The notes below the pieces were generated by a model that was given only the letters and a program-made list of their open reading frames with translations, was not told the DNA's origin and did not search any database. Shown in pieces: positions 37,796 through 46,838 of a stretch of 64,000 nucleotides of DNA. The stretch lies in IMG/VR virus record IMGVR_UViG_3300020190_000004. One strand, written 5' to 3'. The DNA is from a virus (lineage: Duplodnaviria > Caudoviricetes). The stretch's first letter is position 1. Each line of letters opens with the position of its first letter. Both the position numbers and the translations under genes were made by a program.

Positions 37796-38554
37796 TTATT
37801 TAACCACCCAACCAGTGTAAGCTATTCTACTGCCCTTCACGCCTGGGTTAACGTGGGAAACATAATGCCAGCGGCCGCTTTGCTCTGGCAGATAAAAAAG
37901 AGTTAGTGCGTTAAACTTAGGAGCGCGCGTTTCTGAAACAGTCCTGGGTTGCTTATGTGCAATCTTTAAGACCATTTCATTTACGCCCATGTGCTTTTCA
38001 GATTCATCAAGAAAGTGCAAAAGTCCGCCCCACTGCGGCCACCAATTCTTGGTGAGTTGAAGCGTGAATCCCAAGTCACCCCTCCATTGGTCAGTATGCG
38101 GTGATAAAAAACATCCGTCTTTATATCTTGCGGCAAATAGAGATTTGTAGGAACTGTGTTTTTCTCCACTCACACGGTCAAAGAATCCTAGTACTTCTGA
38201 AGTATACATCCAGTCTCGCAACTTGCATTCTACGCAGTCACAATCAGAGTCATGAGTTTCTTGTGTTCTGTAAAAGTGAAAACTAAAGTCACCGCGAACA
38301 AAAGCATTTACCGCTCTTTGCTTTTCTTCAGCAATTTTATCATCGTTGCCTGGAACACTTTGAGTATTCGCTTCTTTTGCAAAACCTGTAGGATGTGAAC
38401 ATGCCCACCAGTTACCCTCTGGAATTTCTTGTGAATAATAGCGGTATAAAAGATTAGCCGCTTCTTCAGTTAAGAAGTTTTCAATAGTAACGGTCCCCGT
38501 TTCGATCAATTCTTGTGTAAAGGATTCAGGGTTGATTTCTGGGTTAATTTTCAC
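37796..38554 (-). CDS. 2OG-Fe(II) oxygenase (prolyl-hydroxylase-like)
   Basis: YKDGCFLSPHTD, WGGLLHF, WHYVSHV, RIAYTGW. Confidence 0.85.
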   Translation of the reverse strand: MKINPEINPESFTQELIETGTVTIENFLTEEAANLLYRYYSQEIPEGNWWACSHPTGFAKEANTQSVPGNDDKIAEEKQRAVNAFVRGDFSFHFYRTQETHDSDCDCVECKLRDWMYTSEVLGFFDRVSGEKHSSYKSLFAARYKDGCFLSPHTDQWRGDLGFTLQLTKNWWPQWGGLLHFLDESEKHMGVNEMVLKIAHKQPRTVSETRAPKFNALTLFYLPEQSGRWHYVSHVNPGVKGSRIAYTGWVVK

Positions 38555-38594
38555 AAAGTGGTTGCTATTTGGGTTTCACAATTCTGCCTTTTGA

Positions 38595-39041
38595 TTATTT
38601 TCGCAGATTTTCGATTTCAATTCTGCGTTTCTCTTCTTCTTCACGAACTCTTGCGCGTAATTGTGTAGAAGAATAATCATGCTCACGTTTGTTGTAAATG
38701 ATTTCAATTCCGCGATCTGCGCAAACATCTTTTGCTGTAAAGTCACGACCAACATAATCTTGACCTATGATACGAACATCAATATGAAATGCTTTAAAGA
38801 TTTCAATGAGTTCTGCTTCTGTTGAGTAAGGAATGATTTGGTCAACGTATTTAACAGCATCGAGCTGTATGTATCTCTCGACAATAGATTGAATAGGTTT
38901 GTTTTTTGTTGCCCTATCAATCGTGGGATCTGTTTGTAGAGCACAGATAAGATAATCGCAATGTTGTTTGCATTCCTCAAGCATAAGTACATGCCCAGCG
39001 TGCAATAAGTCAAAAGTACTGCAGGTAATTCCTATTTTCAT
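38595..39041 (-). CDS. Glycerol-3-phosphate cytidylyltransferase-like (TagD family)
   Basis: STFDLLHAGH, KPIQSIVER, YSST. Confidence 0.85.
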   Translation of the reverse strand: MKIGITCSTFDLLHAGHVLMLEECKQHCDYLICALQTDPTIDRATKNKPIQSIVERYIQLDAVKYVDQIIPYSTEAELIEIFKAFHIDVRIIGQDYVGRDFTAKDVCADRGIEIIYNKREHDYSSTQLRARVREEEEKRRIEIENLRK

Positions 39042-39832
39042 ATTTCAAGTGTTAGACCGTTGATTTCACCCCACTCCAGACAGTCAACAAAGTAATGTGT
39101 CGTGTGATCATTAATTTCATTAACCCAGATGTCTGCTTGTGGAGTATGGCCAACGATTTGGTTATAGTCCATCCCGTGTTCGTTAAGTACATGCGGTCTT
39201 ACCCAGATAGGTCCAGCCCATGAAGAGGATCCGCCGCTTATAGAATCTACTGCGTACAGAGTTTGAAGTCTCAATTTCCAAGCAAGATTAAGTTCATCGG
39301 CAATGTTTTCCAATAACTCGTCTTTTACAACTTCTGCGAGTCTATACTCAGGATCATAGAATTCTTTCTTAAACTCTTGATACCATCCTGATGTAACACC
39401 TGCGTGTGTCCAGATGTAATCACCTACTTGAAAAGAGAATTGAAATAGATCTTCATTGTCTTTAAACAGACGACCAAATTGATACTTCATTTCAGGACGG
39501 TAGCCAGAGCAGTATTGGTTTTCCAACATGTATTGAATGTCATGATTACCTAGCAGAAGAACTACCTTATCTGGTAGCTGTTTCTTAAACCAAATGATTT
39601 GCTCTAGATTGTATGTCATTACAGCATTTGAGACGGTAAAAGAATCTACGTAATCTCCAATGAAAATGATCTTGTCATAATCATGGTAAGGCATATCTTT
39701 ATGAAAATCAGCGTCAGCTGAAACGCCTTCTTCTACTAGAGTACGCCAGTGATTAAACTCATACGGTGAACCGTGAGTTAGAAACATCCAAGCGTCTCTT
39801 CCGTGTATATCTCCAATGCTAAGAGTTTTCAT
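39038..39832 (-). CDS. Calcineurin-like metallophosphoesterase
   Basis: GDIHG, GDYVD, GNHD, HAG, VGHT. Confidence 0.85.
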   Translation of the reverse strand: MKTLSIGDIHGRDAWMFLTHGSPYEFNHWRTLVEEGVSADADFHKDMPYHDYDKIIFIGDYVDSFTVSNAVMTYNLEQIIWFKKQLPDKVVLLLGNHDIQYMLENQYCSGYRPEMKYQFGRLFKDNEDLFQFSFQVGDYIWTHAGVTSGWYQEFKKEFYDPEYRLAEVVKDELLENIADELNLAWKLRLQTLYAVDSISGGSSSWAGPIWVRPHVLNEHGMDYNQIVGHTPQADIWVNEINDHTTHYFVDCLEWGEINGLTLEI

Positions 39833-39878
39833 ATATAGTTATATTCAGAAAGTGTTTATTAGTTCTCAGAATTGGGTG

Positions 39879-39909
39879 AAAAAAAAGAGGGAGCTTAAAG
39901 CTCCCTCTC
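39879..39909 (-). terminator. Rho-independent terminator
   Basis: AGAGGGAGCTTTAAGCTCCCTCTTTTTTT. Confidence 0.75.
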
Positions 39910-39929
39910 TGTGTTAAGAATATAATTTC

Positions 39930-40328
39930 TTATTTCTCTCCTAAGAAGAAGTAAAGAGTAGCTGTTCCGCCTGAAGTTTTTGCTATAACGTTAGCAGCAG
40001 TAGCACCAACACCTACAGGTACGAAAGCAACGTCTCCAGGTGAGAGGTAAACTAAAGTACCAGTATTACCGGCGATAGCATCTTGTCCAGCGTAACCAAT
40101 AGAGATAGCTGTTCCGTTAGTTGCAGGAGCTTGCGCGTACAAGTAAGCACTTGCACCCGTCCCGTCGATTGTAGCTAAGTTTAGCGTACTCGCGGAAGAT
40201 GTAAGAGTAACTGTGTTGAATCCGTTGAAGGTACCGCTTACAGTATTGTTATTCACAACTGTAAAGCTAACCGGCGTAGGAAACAAGTCAGTAGACTCAA
40301 CTTTTAATGTGGTTTTAAGAGTTCCCAT
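39930..40328 (-). CDS. Beta-rich putative virion protein, paralog B
   Basis: MGTLKTTLKVESTDLFPTPVSFT; similar to 40360-40752. Confidence 0.6.
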   Translation of the reverse strand: MGTLKTTLKVESTDLFPTPVSFTVVNNNTVSGTFNGFNTVTLTSSASTLNLATIDGTGASAYLYAQAPATNGTAISIGYAGQDAIAGNTGTLVYLSPGDVAFVPVGVGATAANVIAKTSGGTATLYFFLGEK

Positions 40329-40359
40329 TTTTATATGTCTGTTATTTTATTTTTTAAGA

Positions 40360-40752
40360 TTATGCTATTTCGCCAATGAAGAAGCTGATTGTACCAGTTT
40401 CCCCCGTATTGCAAATTGCTCCTAAATTGTAAGCACCGTTGCTATCACCTGCTGGGAAGAAAGCTATATCACCAGGGTGAAGTTTAAGCGTAGCTGATGC
40501 AACAGCTACAGCACCTGCGCCAACGTAAACTGGGTGAGAGTTTGTAGTTGCAGCTGAAATGTAAACATAAGCTCCTGTTGCATCAATAGTGCCAAGGAAG
40601 TTTAATGTTTGTAATGAGTTAGCAGGAACGTCAAGAGTGTTAAACCCACTGAACGTACCGTTTACTGTGTTATTGTTGATTTGAGTAAAATTCACCGGTG
40701 TTGGGAAAATGTCGGTGGACTCAATCTTCAATGTTGATTTAAGTGTTGCCAT
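40360..40752 (-). CDS. Beta-rich putative virion protein, paralog A
   Basis: MATLKSTLKIESTDIFPTPVNFT; GATATATA at 40813. Confidence 0.6.
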   Translation of the reverse strand: MATLKSTLKIESTDIFPTPVNFTQINNNTVNGTFSGFNTLDVPANSLQTLNFLGTIDATGAYVYISAATTNSHPVYVGAGAVAVASATLKLHPGDIAFFPAGDSNGAYNLGAICNTGETGTISFFIGEIA

Positions 40753-40818
40753 TTTTGTATGTTGTTTATTTTAATTTTGTTTCTTTACTTAAGGATTTTA
40801 TTCCTTGTAATCTATATA

Positions 40819-41250
40819 TCATTTATCTGGGTGATTTTCCACCCAAAATCCCCACTCGCGTTCAGCAATTATCATCGCCTCAAGAGGGGTTATTCCAGGT
40901 ATATGCATAGCCAGTTCAATGCTTGAAGAAACTAAATCAACCAGGCTATCGTGTCTGCTAGCGTTGCGTAGCATATCACCCATTAAGATTTTTTGGTTCT
41001 CTAAAGATTCAGGGTGATACAGTATATCTAAATTGCCCCAGGTTCTTTTGATTTCTTCTATGTTGCTTTCAGTATCTTGTATTAAGGCATACTCATTAGC
41101 TGGAAAAGAAAGATGTAGAGGGTCTTCTATGTCTTCTTTTGAGTGAGAATACTCAACAGGCGCAGGCAGAATGATCCCTTTTTGTAAACGATTCACCCAG
41201 ACGAAGAATTGGTCAAAATCCTTCTTGCTGATGTAAAGGCTAACTTTCAT
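40819..41250 (-). CDS. Hypothetical protein
   Basis: 143-aa ORF. Confidence 0.5.
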   Translation of the reverse strand: MKVSLYISKKDFDQFFVWVNRLQKGIILPAPVEYSHSKEDIEDPLHLSFPANEYALIQDTESNIEEIKRTWGNLDILYHPESLENQKILMGDMLRNASRHDSLVDLVSSSIELAMHIPGITPLEAMIIAEREWGFWVENHPDK

Positions 41251-41270
41251 AAAAGAGGCTTTACCAGTGA

Positions 41271-41555
41271 TTACTTCATATATTCGTTACACTGTGACTG
41301 TAACTTTTCCATCATCTCTTTTATCATTCCTCCACAATCTTTCATGTAGTTTTCAGCTGTCATTTCTGTCTCATCTTCATGGCAAGCTTTCATTTCAGAA
41401 CACATTGCTTCGCACACATCGTTGAGTTTTTCGCACATGCCTTCTGACATGCAAGATGTTTTTCCTTCACCTTCTAATACTTCCTTGAAAGATAGCATAG
41501 ATGTAGATTTAGCAGGTAAGTCGGTTTTCCCGATGAATTCTCCAAAAGTTTTCAT
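41271..41555 (-). CDS. Small Cys/Met-rich putative internal head protein
   Basis: MKTFGEFIGK. Confidence 0.55.
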   Translation of the reverse strand: MKTFGEFIGKTDLPAKSTSMLSFKEVLEGEGKTSCMSEGMCEKLNDVCEAMCSEMKACHEDETEMTAENYMKDCGGMIKEMMEKLQSQCNEYMK

Positions 41556-41558
41556 ATC

Positions 41559-42461
41559 TTATTGTTTTATTTTGTTTATCGTTTTTTGTACCGGGGAAGT
41601 CTCCATAGAAATATCACGAGACTTCCAGTAAGATTTTCCATAAGAGATAAAAATCTCTTCGCCTGGTTCAATATCCCGCAGAGCATAAAAACTGATTGTC
41701 TTTTTCTCTGTATTTATTTTCCAGTCAGCCATAGGTTGATTTCTATGATTATACAAAGAAGCATTCCCAAACGCAATAGCGTATAGAGAGTCGTCAAGTT
41801 TAAACACATAGTCCATAACAACAGTACCCGTTATCTGATCTTTTGGAATTACAAGAAGAGGAGCAACTTCAAAGCACTCACCATTCTTGATGTAATCTAC
41901 ACAGAAAACTCCAGCAGCATCTACACTAGATTTTCCAACGCCTATCTTGTCCCAGACTTTTACCGAAGCCGATCTTCGAAGTTTGCCTTGCGGTTCACTG
42001 ATGTAAACTACTGAATTAACAGGTTCTTTCTTAGTATCACCGCCAAGGGATTCAAACGTCTTTTGAATCCTTCGAGTAATGTTATTCTTTTTTAATACTT
42101 CTTTAACTTGTTCGTCAAATTGACTGAATATCTGTAGCAGATCAGCGTTAAGAGTGTCTTGTCTATCTTCTATGATTTTTTCAATGTTTTTCATAGCAGA
42201 TTGCTTAGATTCTTCAGTAGAATCCGCAAGATCATTTATGATGCTCATCTGCGTTACCAACTCTTCATCAGCGGTAAACTTGTATGTAGTACCGCCTTTC
42301 GAGTAGAGTTCCATTACAACAGAACCTGTTGAGTCAGGGTTTCTTAAGGCATCAAAACTGATTGTTGGCGGCTTAAGACCTCCTCCGGTGAAGTCGAATT
42401 TAATCTCGCCTTCACGCTCAATCAGAGCTTCTGTAAGATATTCATAATAAGTCTTAATCAT
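41559..42461 (-). CDS. SET-domain lysine methyltransferase with capsid-targeting-like N-terminus
   Basis: GVFC..IKNGECFE, ASLYNHRNQP, FYALRDIEPGEEIFISYG; N-terminus MIKTYYEYLTE. Confidence 0.85.
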   Translation of the reverse strand: MIKTYYEYLTEALIEREGEIKFDFTGGGLKPPTISFDALRNPDSTGSVVMELYSKGGTTYKFTADEELVTQMSIINDLADSTEESKQSAMKNIEKIIEDRQDTLNADLLQIFSQFDEQVKEVLKKNNITRRIQKTFESLGGDTKKEPVNSVVYISEPQGKLRRSASVKVWDKIGVGKSSVDAAGVFCVDYIKNGECFEVAPLLVIPKDQITGTVVMDYVFKLDDSLYAIAFGNASLYNHRNQPMADWKINTEKKTISFYALRDIEPGEEIFISYGKSYWKSRDISMETSPVQKTINKIKQ

Positions 42462-44776
42462 TATTTCTTATTAGCCATGAAGTCTTCAAACTTCATTATT
42501 TTCCTTGGTGAAGCAGGTGCATCTTCTTCAGTTTTCTTGATGATCACTTCTTCTTCTTCCTCTTCCTTATCTTCGGGTTTGTCTTCAACCTTGTCCTCAG
42601 GTTTGTCTTCAACCTTGTCCTCGGGTTTGTCTTCAACCTTGTCCTCAGGTTTGTCTTCAACCTTGTCTTCAGGTTTATCACTCGCCTCAGGTTTGTCTTC
42701 AACCTTGTCTTCGGGTTTGTCTTCAACCTTGTCCTCAGGTTTATCACTCGCCTCAGGTTTGTCTTCATCCTTGTCTTCAGGTTTGTCACTCGCCTCAGGT
42801 TTGTCTTCAACCTTGTCCTCAGGTTTGTCTTCAGGTTTATCACTCGCCTCAGGTTTGTCTTCAACCTTGTCTTCAGGTTTGTCACTCGCCTCAGGTTTGT
42901 CTTCAACCTTGTCCTCAGGTTTGTCTTCTTTTTTCTTTTCTTTATCGTCAGTAGTTTCATCTTCTAAATCATCAAGAATATCATCATCTTTAGATTCAGT
43001 TACTTTACTGACTTTCATATTCATAAAATCTGAAAATTTCATAATGGTTTTGTTTGTTGTATTATTTATATTATTGATTTCTTCCTCAATAGAAGCCCAG
43101 AAACTTTCTGATTCTTCTCCTTCGCCAAGATTCTTACCACTTTTGATTTTATCGATAAGTTCCTTATAGCGTTTAATTTTGTCTTCATCACCTTTTTCTT
43201 CAGCCTTTGCAAGACCAGCTTCTGCTTTAGCAATTTTTTCTTTTTGCTTATCGCCAAGTTCTTCGGAATCTTCACCCTCTGGTTTTTCTTCCTTTGTTGC
43301 TGCCTTTAGATCTCCTCTTGCAACTTCTACAGCAGAACTAGCATCTTTTATACCTTCATCATCACCTTCCGCTTCAGCCTTTTTTAATTGTTGCAATTTA
43401 ATTTTTAACTCTATGGCCAAAACATCTGGGTGTTTTGAAGAATTTAGCTCTTCGCTCTTAGACTTTTTTTCGTCCTTTAATTTTTCAATTTCAGCATTTA
43501 TAGCTTCAACCTCTTCGGCGTTAACTTCTTTCTTGTCAGATTCTTCTTCGCCGCCAGACTTTGCTGTAGCTATTTTTTGTTTAACTTCGTTAGCCTTTAA
43601 GATAGGGCTGTATTGTTCTAGGTTATAATCTTTTAATTCAGGCTTTAAAGTATTAGATGTATAATACGTTTTCTTACCTTCTTCATTGCTAGGCACTTCT
43701 TCAATAGCGTTAGGATCAGCACCGCCTAATTCTAATACTTGTTTTGTTGCTGTTTTTCCTTTTACTTTATCCCACAAGGCTTTCTTTGCTTCAAAGAAAG
43801 CTGTATAAGCATCAATGTATTTGTCTGTTGCCGCATCTAATGTATCAAGAAGCCCTTTTCTATCTTCTGCTTTATCATCAGAAATCGCCATGATGTGAGA
43901 ATAAACTTGACCTGGTGTTTTTGAATCACTGTCAGATTCAAGTATAGGATATTCCAACAAACCGTATTCAAGCATTAGCGTATTATAAGAAAAGTCAGAA
44001 TCATCTCCTTCGATAAGCTTGTCAGCTTGAACATAAATGGTAGCTAGTTCGCCTCTTACTTGTGCTAAAGGTCTACCTGTTTTTTGGATAGCTTCAATTT
44101 CGTTTTCACAAGAAAGCTTGTTAAGAATTTCAGCGTCTTCTTGATCGCTTTCTCCTTCTTGTTCAGCTTCTCCCAATGCTTCTTCTGCTTGTCTAGTGTC
44201 TTCCTCAGCTTGAGAAGCTTGTTCCGCCATTGCTTCAGCTCTTTCTTGTTTCCCTTCAGCATTAAGAACTTTTTCAAGTTTACTAAAACCTTCCTGTTTT
44301 GCCTTTTGGTCAGCCAATTTCATTTTCTTATTTATGATAGCATCTAAGTCAGGCACTGCTCTAAGTGCTTCTTTTTCTTCACCAATCTCATCTTTAAGAT
44401 TGATTAGTGCATCACCAAGTTGCTGTTTGATTGTGTTTTGGCTATTCTTGAGTTTATCAATTTCTGTTGCAATTTTTTCAAGCTTATCTTCCAAACCAGG
44501 TTTTCCGCTATCCCTTAAAGCCGCAATTTGTTTTTTCTTAGGTAAAATTTTTGCACGTATAGTAGCGTCAATGCTATTGCTGTCTGCCTTTATTGCAAGT
44601 TGCTCATAATTACCTAATTTTGCGTAAGCTTTTCCGAATGCAACATACCCTCTAAGTTTTGCAAGAACTTCTTTGAAATTAAACTCTTCATTTAATTTCC
44701 CCAGTTCGATAAAAGATTGACTTTCAGATACGACATATTTCTTATTTGCCACATAGTCTGCAAATTTCATATTCAC
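42461..44776 (-). CDS. Large acidic coiled-coil protein with KPEDKVED repeats (putative head core protein)
   Basis: 771 aa immediately downstream of the MCP; own GATATATA promoter at 44799. Confidence 0.65.
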   Translation of the reverse strand: MNMKFADYVANKKYVVSESQSFIELGKLNEEFNFKEVLAKLRGYVAFGKAYAKLGNYEQLAIKADSNSIDATIRAKILPKKKQIAALRDSGKPGLEDKLEKIATEIDKLKNSQNTIKQQLGDALINLKDEIGEEKEALRAVPDLDAIINKKMKLADQKAKQEGFSKLEKVLNAEGKQERAEAMAEQASQAEEDTRQAEEALGEAEQEGESDQEDAEILNKLSCENEIEAIQKTGRPLAQVRGELATIYVQADKLIEGDDSDFSYNTLMLEYGLLEYPILESDSDSKTPGQVYSHIMAISDDKAEDRKGLLDTLDAATDKYIDAYTAFFEAKKALWDKVKGKTATKQVLELGGADPNAIEEVPSNEEGKKTYYTSNTLKPELKDYNLEQYSPILKANEVKQKIATAKSGGEEESDKKEVNAEEVEAINAEIEKLKDEKKSKSEELNSSKHPDVLAIELKIKLQQLKKAEAEGDDEGIKDASSAVEVARGDLKAATKEEKPEGEDSEELGDKQKEKIAKAEAGLAKAEEKGDEDKIKRYKELIDKIKSGKNLGEGEESESFWASIEEEINNINNTTNKTIMKFSDFMNMKVSKVTESKDDDILDDLEDETTDDKEKKKEDKPEDKVEDKPEASDKPEDKVEDKPEASDKPEDKPEDKVEDKPEASDKPEDKDEDKPEASDKPEDKVEDKPEDKVEDKPEASDKPEDKVEDKPEDKVEDKPEDKVEDKPEDKVEDKPEDKEEEEEEVIIKKTEEDAPASPRKIMKFEDFMANKK
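42568..42928 (-). repeat. Coding tandem repeat (24-nt KPEDKVED and 18-nt KPEASD units)
   Basis: Repeated GGTTTGTCTTCAACCTTGTC units in frame within the CDS. Confidence 0.9.
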
Positions 44777-44830
44777 CTTGTATTTTTAAGATCCTTTGTA
44801 TATATCACCCAAGATGATTGAATGTAAAAC

Positions 44831-44858
44831 AAAAAAAGAGGATCCGAAGATCCTCTTT
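44831..44858 (-). terminator. Terminator after the major capsid gene
   Basis: AAAGAGGATCTTCGGATCCTCTTTTTTT (TTCG loop). Confidence 0.85.
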
Positions 44859-44880
44859 AGTTTTATTCTTATGCTTAAGA

Positions 44881-46806
44881 TTAAGCAATAGAGACAGAGT
44901 TTGGTGCAGACCACCATGCAGCGTTACCGTCCTTAAGGTTAACCAAAAGGGTGAAGTATTGAGTTTCAGGGTGGAAACCAGCTTCAACAAGAGCGTAGCG
45001 AGATTTAACCGCGATTTTAGGGCTCATTGTGCCTTCAGCGATAGTCTGAATAGATTCAGCCATCAAGTAAGGCATGAATTTCAATCCTGGCTCTTCGTCA
45101 GCACCTTTACGTCCTACAAGGATACGAGTATCATCATAGTTCATGTTAGGGTCAACGTAGATAGTCAAACCAGCAAGAGTTCCTAATGGATAAAGAGCTC
45201 CGTTGTTTTGGTTAACTGTGTTAGCCAATGGATAGAAAGTAAATTGAGCACTGTCTTGAAGAGCAGTAGCCATTTGCAAGTTAGTAACTACGAAGTTACC
45301 TGGACCACGACGACCGCGTTGTGCAATCACGTTAGCAGCAGCTAAGATTTTAGATTGTACACGACGTTGGATAGTTCCTTGGTTTTCAAATGCAGCTGAT
45401 GAACCACCGTAGAGTTGGAATGCTGGGACTGTAATTGTCACCAATGCACCAGTTTGTCCGATGAACTGCGCAGATGTAACCGGAGTAGCACCAGTAGATA
45501 ACTGCAAGTTTAAGTTAGTACCTTCAACGCTTGCAAAGTTAGAGTGGTTTTGCCATCCTAATGCGAATGCACGAGAAAGGATGTGCTTGTTGATAGATTG
45601 AGAAATCTCGTTTACAAGAGCGTTTTCCATCATCGATACCACATCGATTCCGTACTGACGGTTCAAGTCTTGAATTTGCTCAGTTGTTACTTGTGCAGCA
45701 ACTTGGAAAGTCTCAGCTTCTACGAACTTAGTGAAAGCTTGTAAGCCCATAGTTCTGTAGTAAGAAGTCTCACCAACACCGCGACGCATTGGCTCGTAAG
45801 CGTAACGACCGTCAGTAGCATTACCAGAGTACTCTTCATCGTCGTTTGGTCCTGAACCAGCGAATCCTTGGATGTGATCTTCAAGACCACGAACCAATTC
45901 AGCATAAAATTGTGTTGCAGCAGCAGCGTTGAAGTTGTTAGCAGCAGCGTTTGCTGGAACTGTAACAGTCCATGCAGTACCGCTACCACCAGCAATCGTT
46001 GCTATCGGGAATACATAAGTTATTGCAGGACTACCAATTACTTCATAGAAATTAACAGTTTGTGTGCTAGCACTTTGAGGAGAAAGGTCTGTTAGGGCGA
46101 CAGTACCTGCCGCTGCAGGGATCGTAACGTTAAGACCTTCACCTACTACGTTAAAGATTGGAAAACCGTCAATGCGAGACAGACCTACGAACTGTACAAG
46201 AATTGCTTCAGCGTTTGCGGCGGAGTTATCTCCCGTTGATAAGAGGTAGTAAGCACCTGTTGTTACAAGTCTCCACAAAGCTGACGTATTCAAGTTAGCG
46301 CCAAAACCTGTTGGGTTCAACTTAAACAATTTGAACTTGTCGGTGAAACGAGAAGAGTTTGCTACAGCAGTACCACCGATAGCAGGGTTTGAGTTACCAA
46401 GACCTGGAGCAAATGGATCACGTCCACCAGCGTATACGTAGTCTAAGTAAGTAAGAACTCCTGAAGGGCCGTTCATAGGAACAACAGATACGATGTCGAA
46501 TCCAATTGTACGAGCGGCAACCTGAATTGCAAGTGGCAACAAAGATGGGAATTTATCGCCTGATCCTTTTGAACCAGCTCCGTAGAAGTTAGCAGCACCA
46601 CCAGCTACAGTAGAAGCTGGAGTAACGTTACCCATTCCTGGAGTGTTGAAAAGAGATGCTTGAGGGTATGAAAAGCCCTCGTTTAATGAGTGGTAGTGAG
46701 CATATTTACTCATCCACTTTAATTTGTTTGATTCATTGATTCCGGTTTTTTCTTCGATAATCGGAGACCATGTTTCAAACACCTGTGCTTCGTTTAAAAG
46801 TTGCAT
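44881..46806 (-). CDS. gp23: Major capsid protein, T4 gp23-like
   Basis: DIVSVVPMNGPSG, VTTEQIQDLNRQYGID, EISQSINKHIL, FMPY...SPKIAVKSRYAL. Confidence 0.9.
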   Translation of the reverse strand: MQLLNEAQVFETWSPIIEEKTGINESNKLKWMSKYAHYHSLNEGFSYPQASLFNTPGMGNVTPASTVAGGAANFYGAGSKGSGDKFPSLLPLAIQVAARTIGFDIVSVVPMNGPSGVLTYLDYVYAGGRDPFAPGLGNSNPAIGGTAVANSSRFTDKFKLFKLNPTGFGANLNTSALWRLVTTGAYYLLSTGDNSAANAEAILVQFVGLSRIDGFPIFNVVGEGLNVTIPAAAGTVALTDLSPQSASTQTVNFYEVIGSPAITYVFPIATIAGGSGTAWTVTVPANAAANNFNAAAATQFYAELVRGLEDHIQGFAGSGPNDDEEYSGNATDGRYAYEPMRRGVGETSYYRTMGLQAFTKFVEAETFQVAAQVTTEQIQDLNRQYGIDVVSMMENALVNEISQSINKHILSRAFALGWQNHSNFASVEGTNLNLQLSTGATPVTSAQFIGQTGALVTITVPAFQLYGGSSAAFENQGTIQRRVQSKILAAANVIAQRGRRGPGNFVVTNLQMATALQDSAQFTFYPLANTVNQNNGALYPLGTLAGLTIYVDPNMNYDDTRILVGRKGADEEPGLKFMPYLMAESIQTIAEGTMSPKIAVKSRYALVEAGFHPETQYFTLLVNLKDGNAAWWSAPNSVSIA

Positions 46807-46838
46807 AGTTTTTTAATAGTTTTTTTGTGTTTGATTTT

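Noticed and set aside
42568-42928. Regular 18-24-nt repeats resembling a CRISPR array
   Set aside because: No unique spacers; the units are in-frame codons for KPEDKVED/KPEASD; no cas genes in the window.
42477-43628. Long plus-strand Ser/Leu-rich ORFs and the alternative minus-frame ORF 42544-42960
   Set aside because: Antisense or out-of-frame shadows of the repetitive acidic gene.
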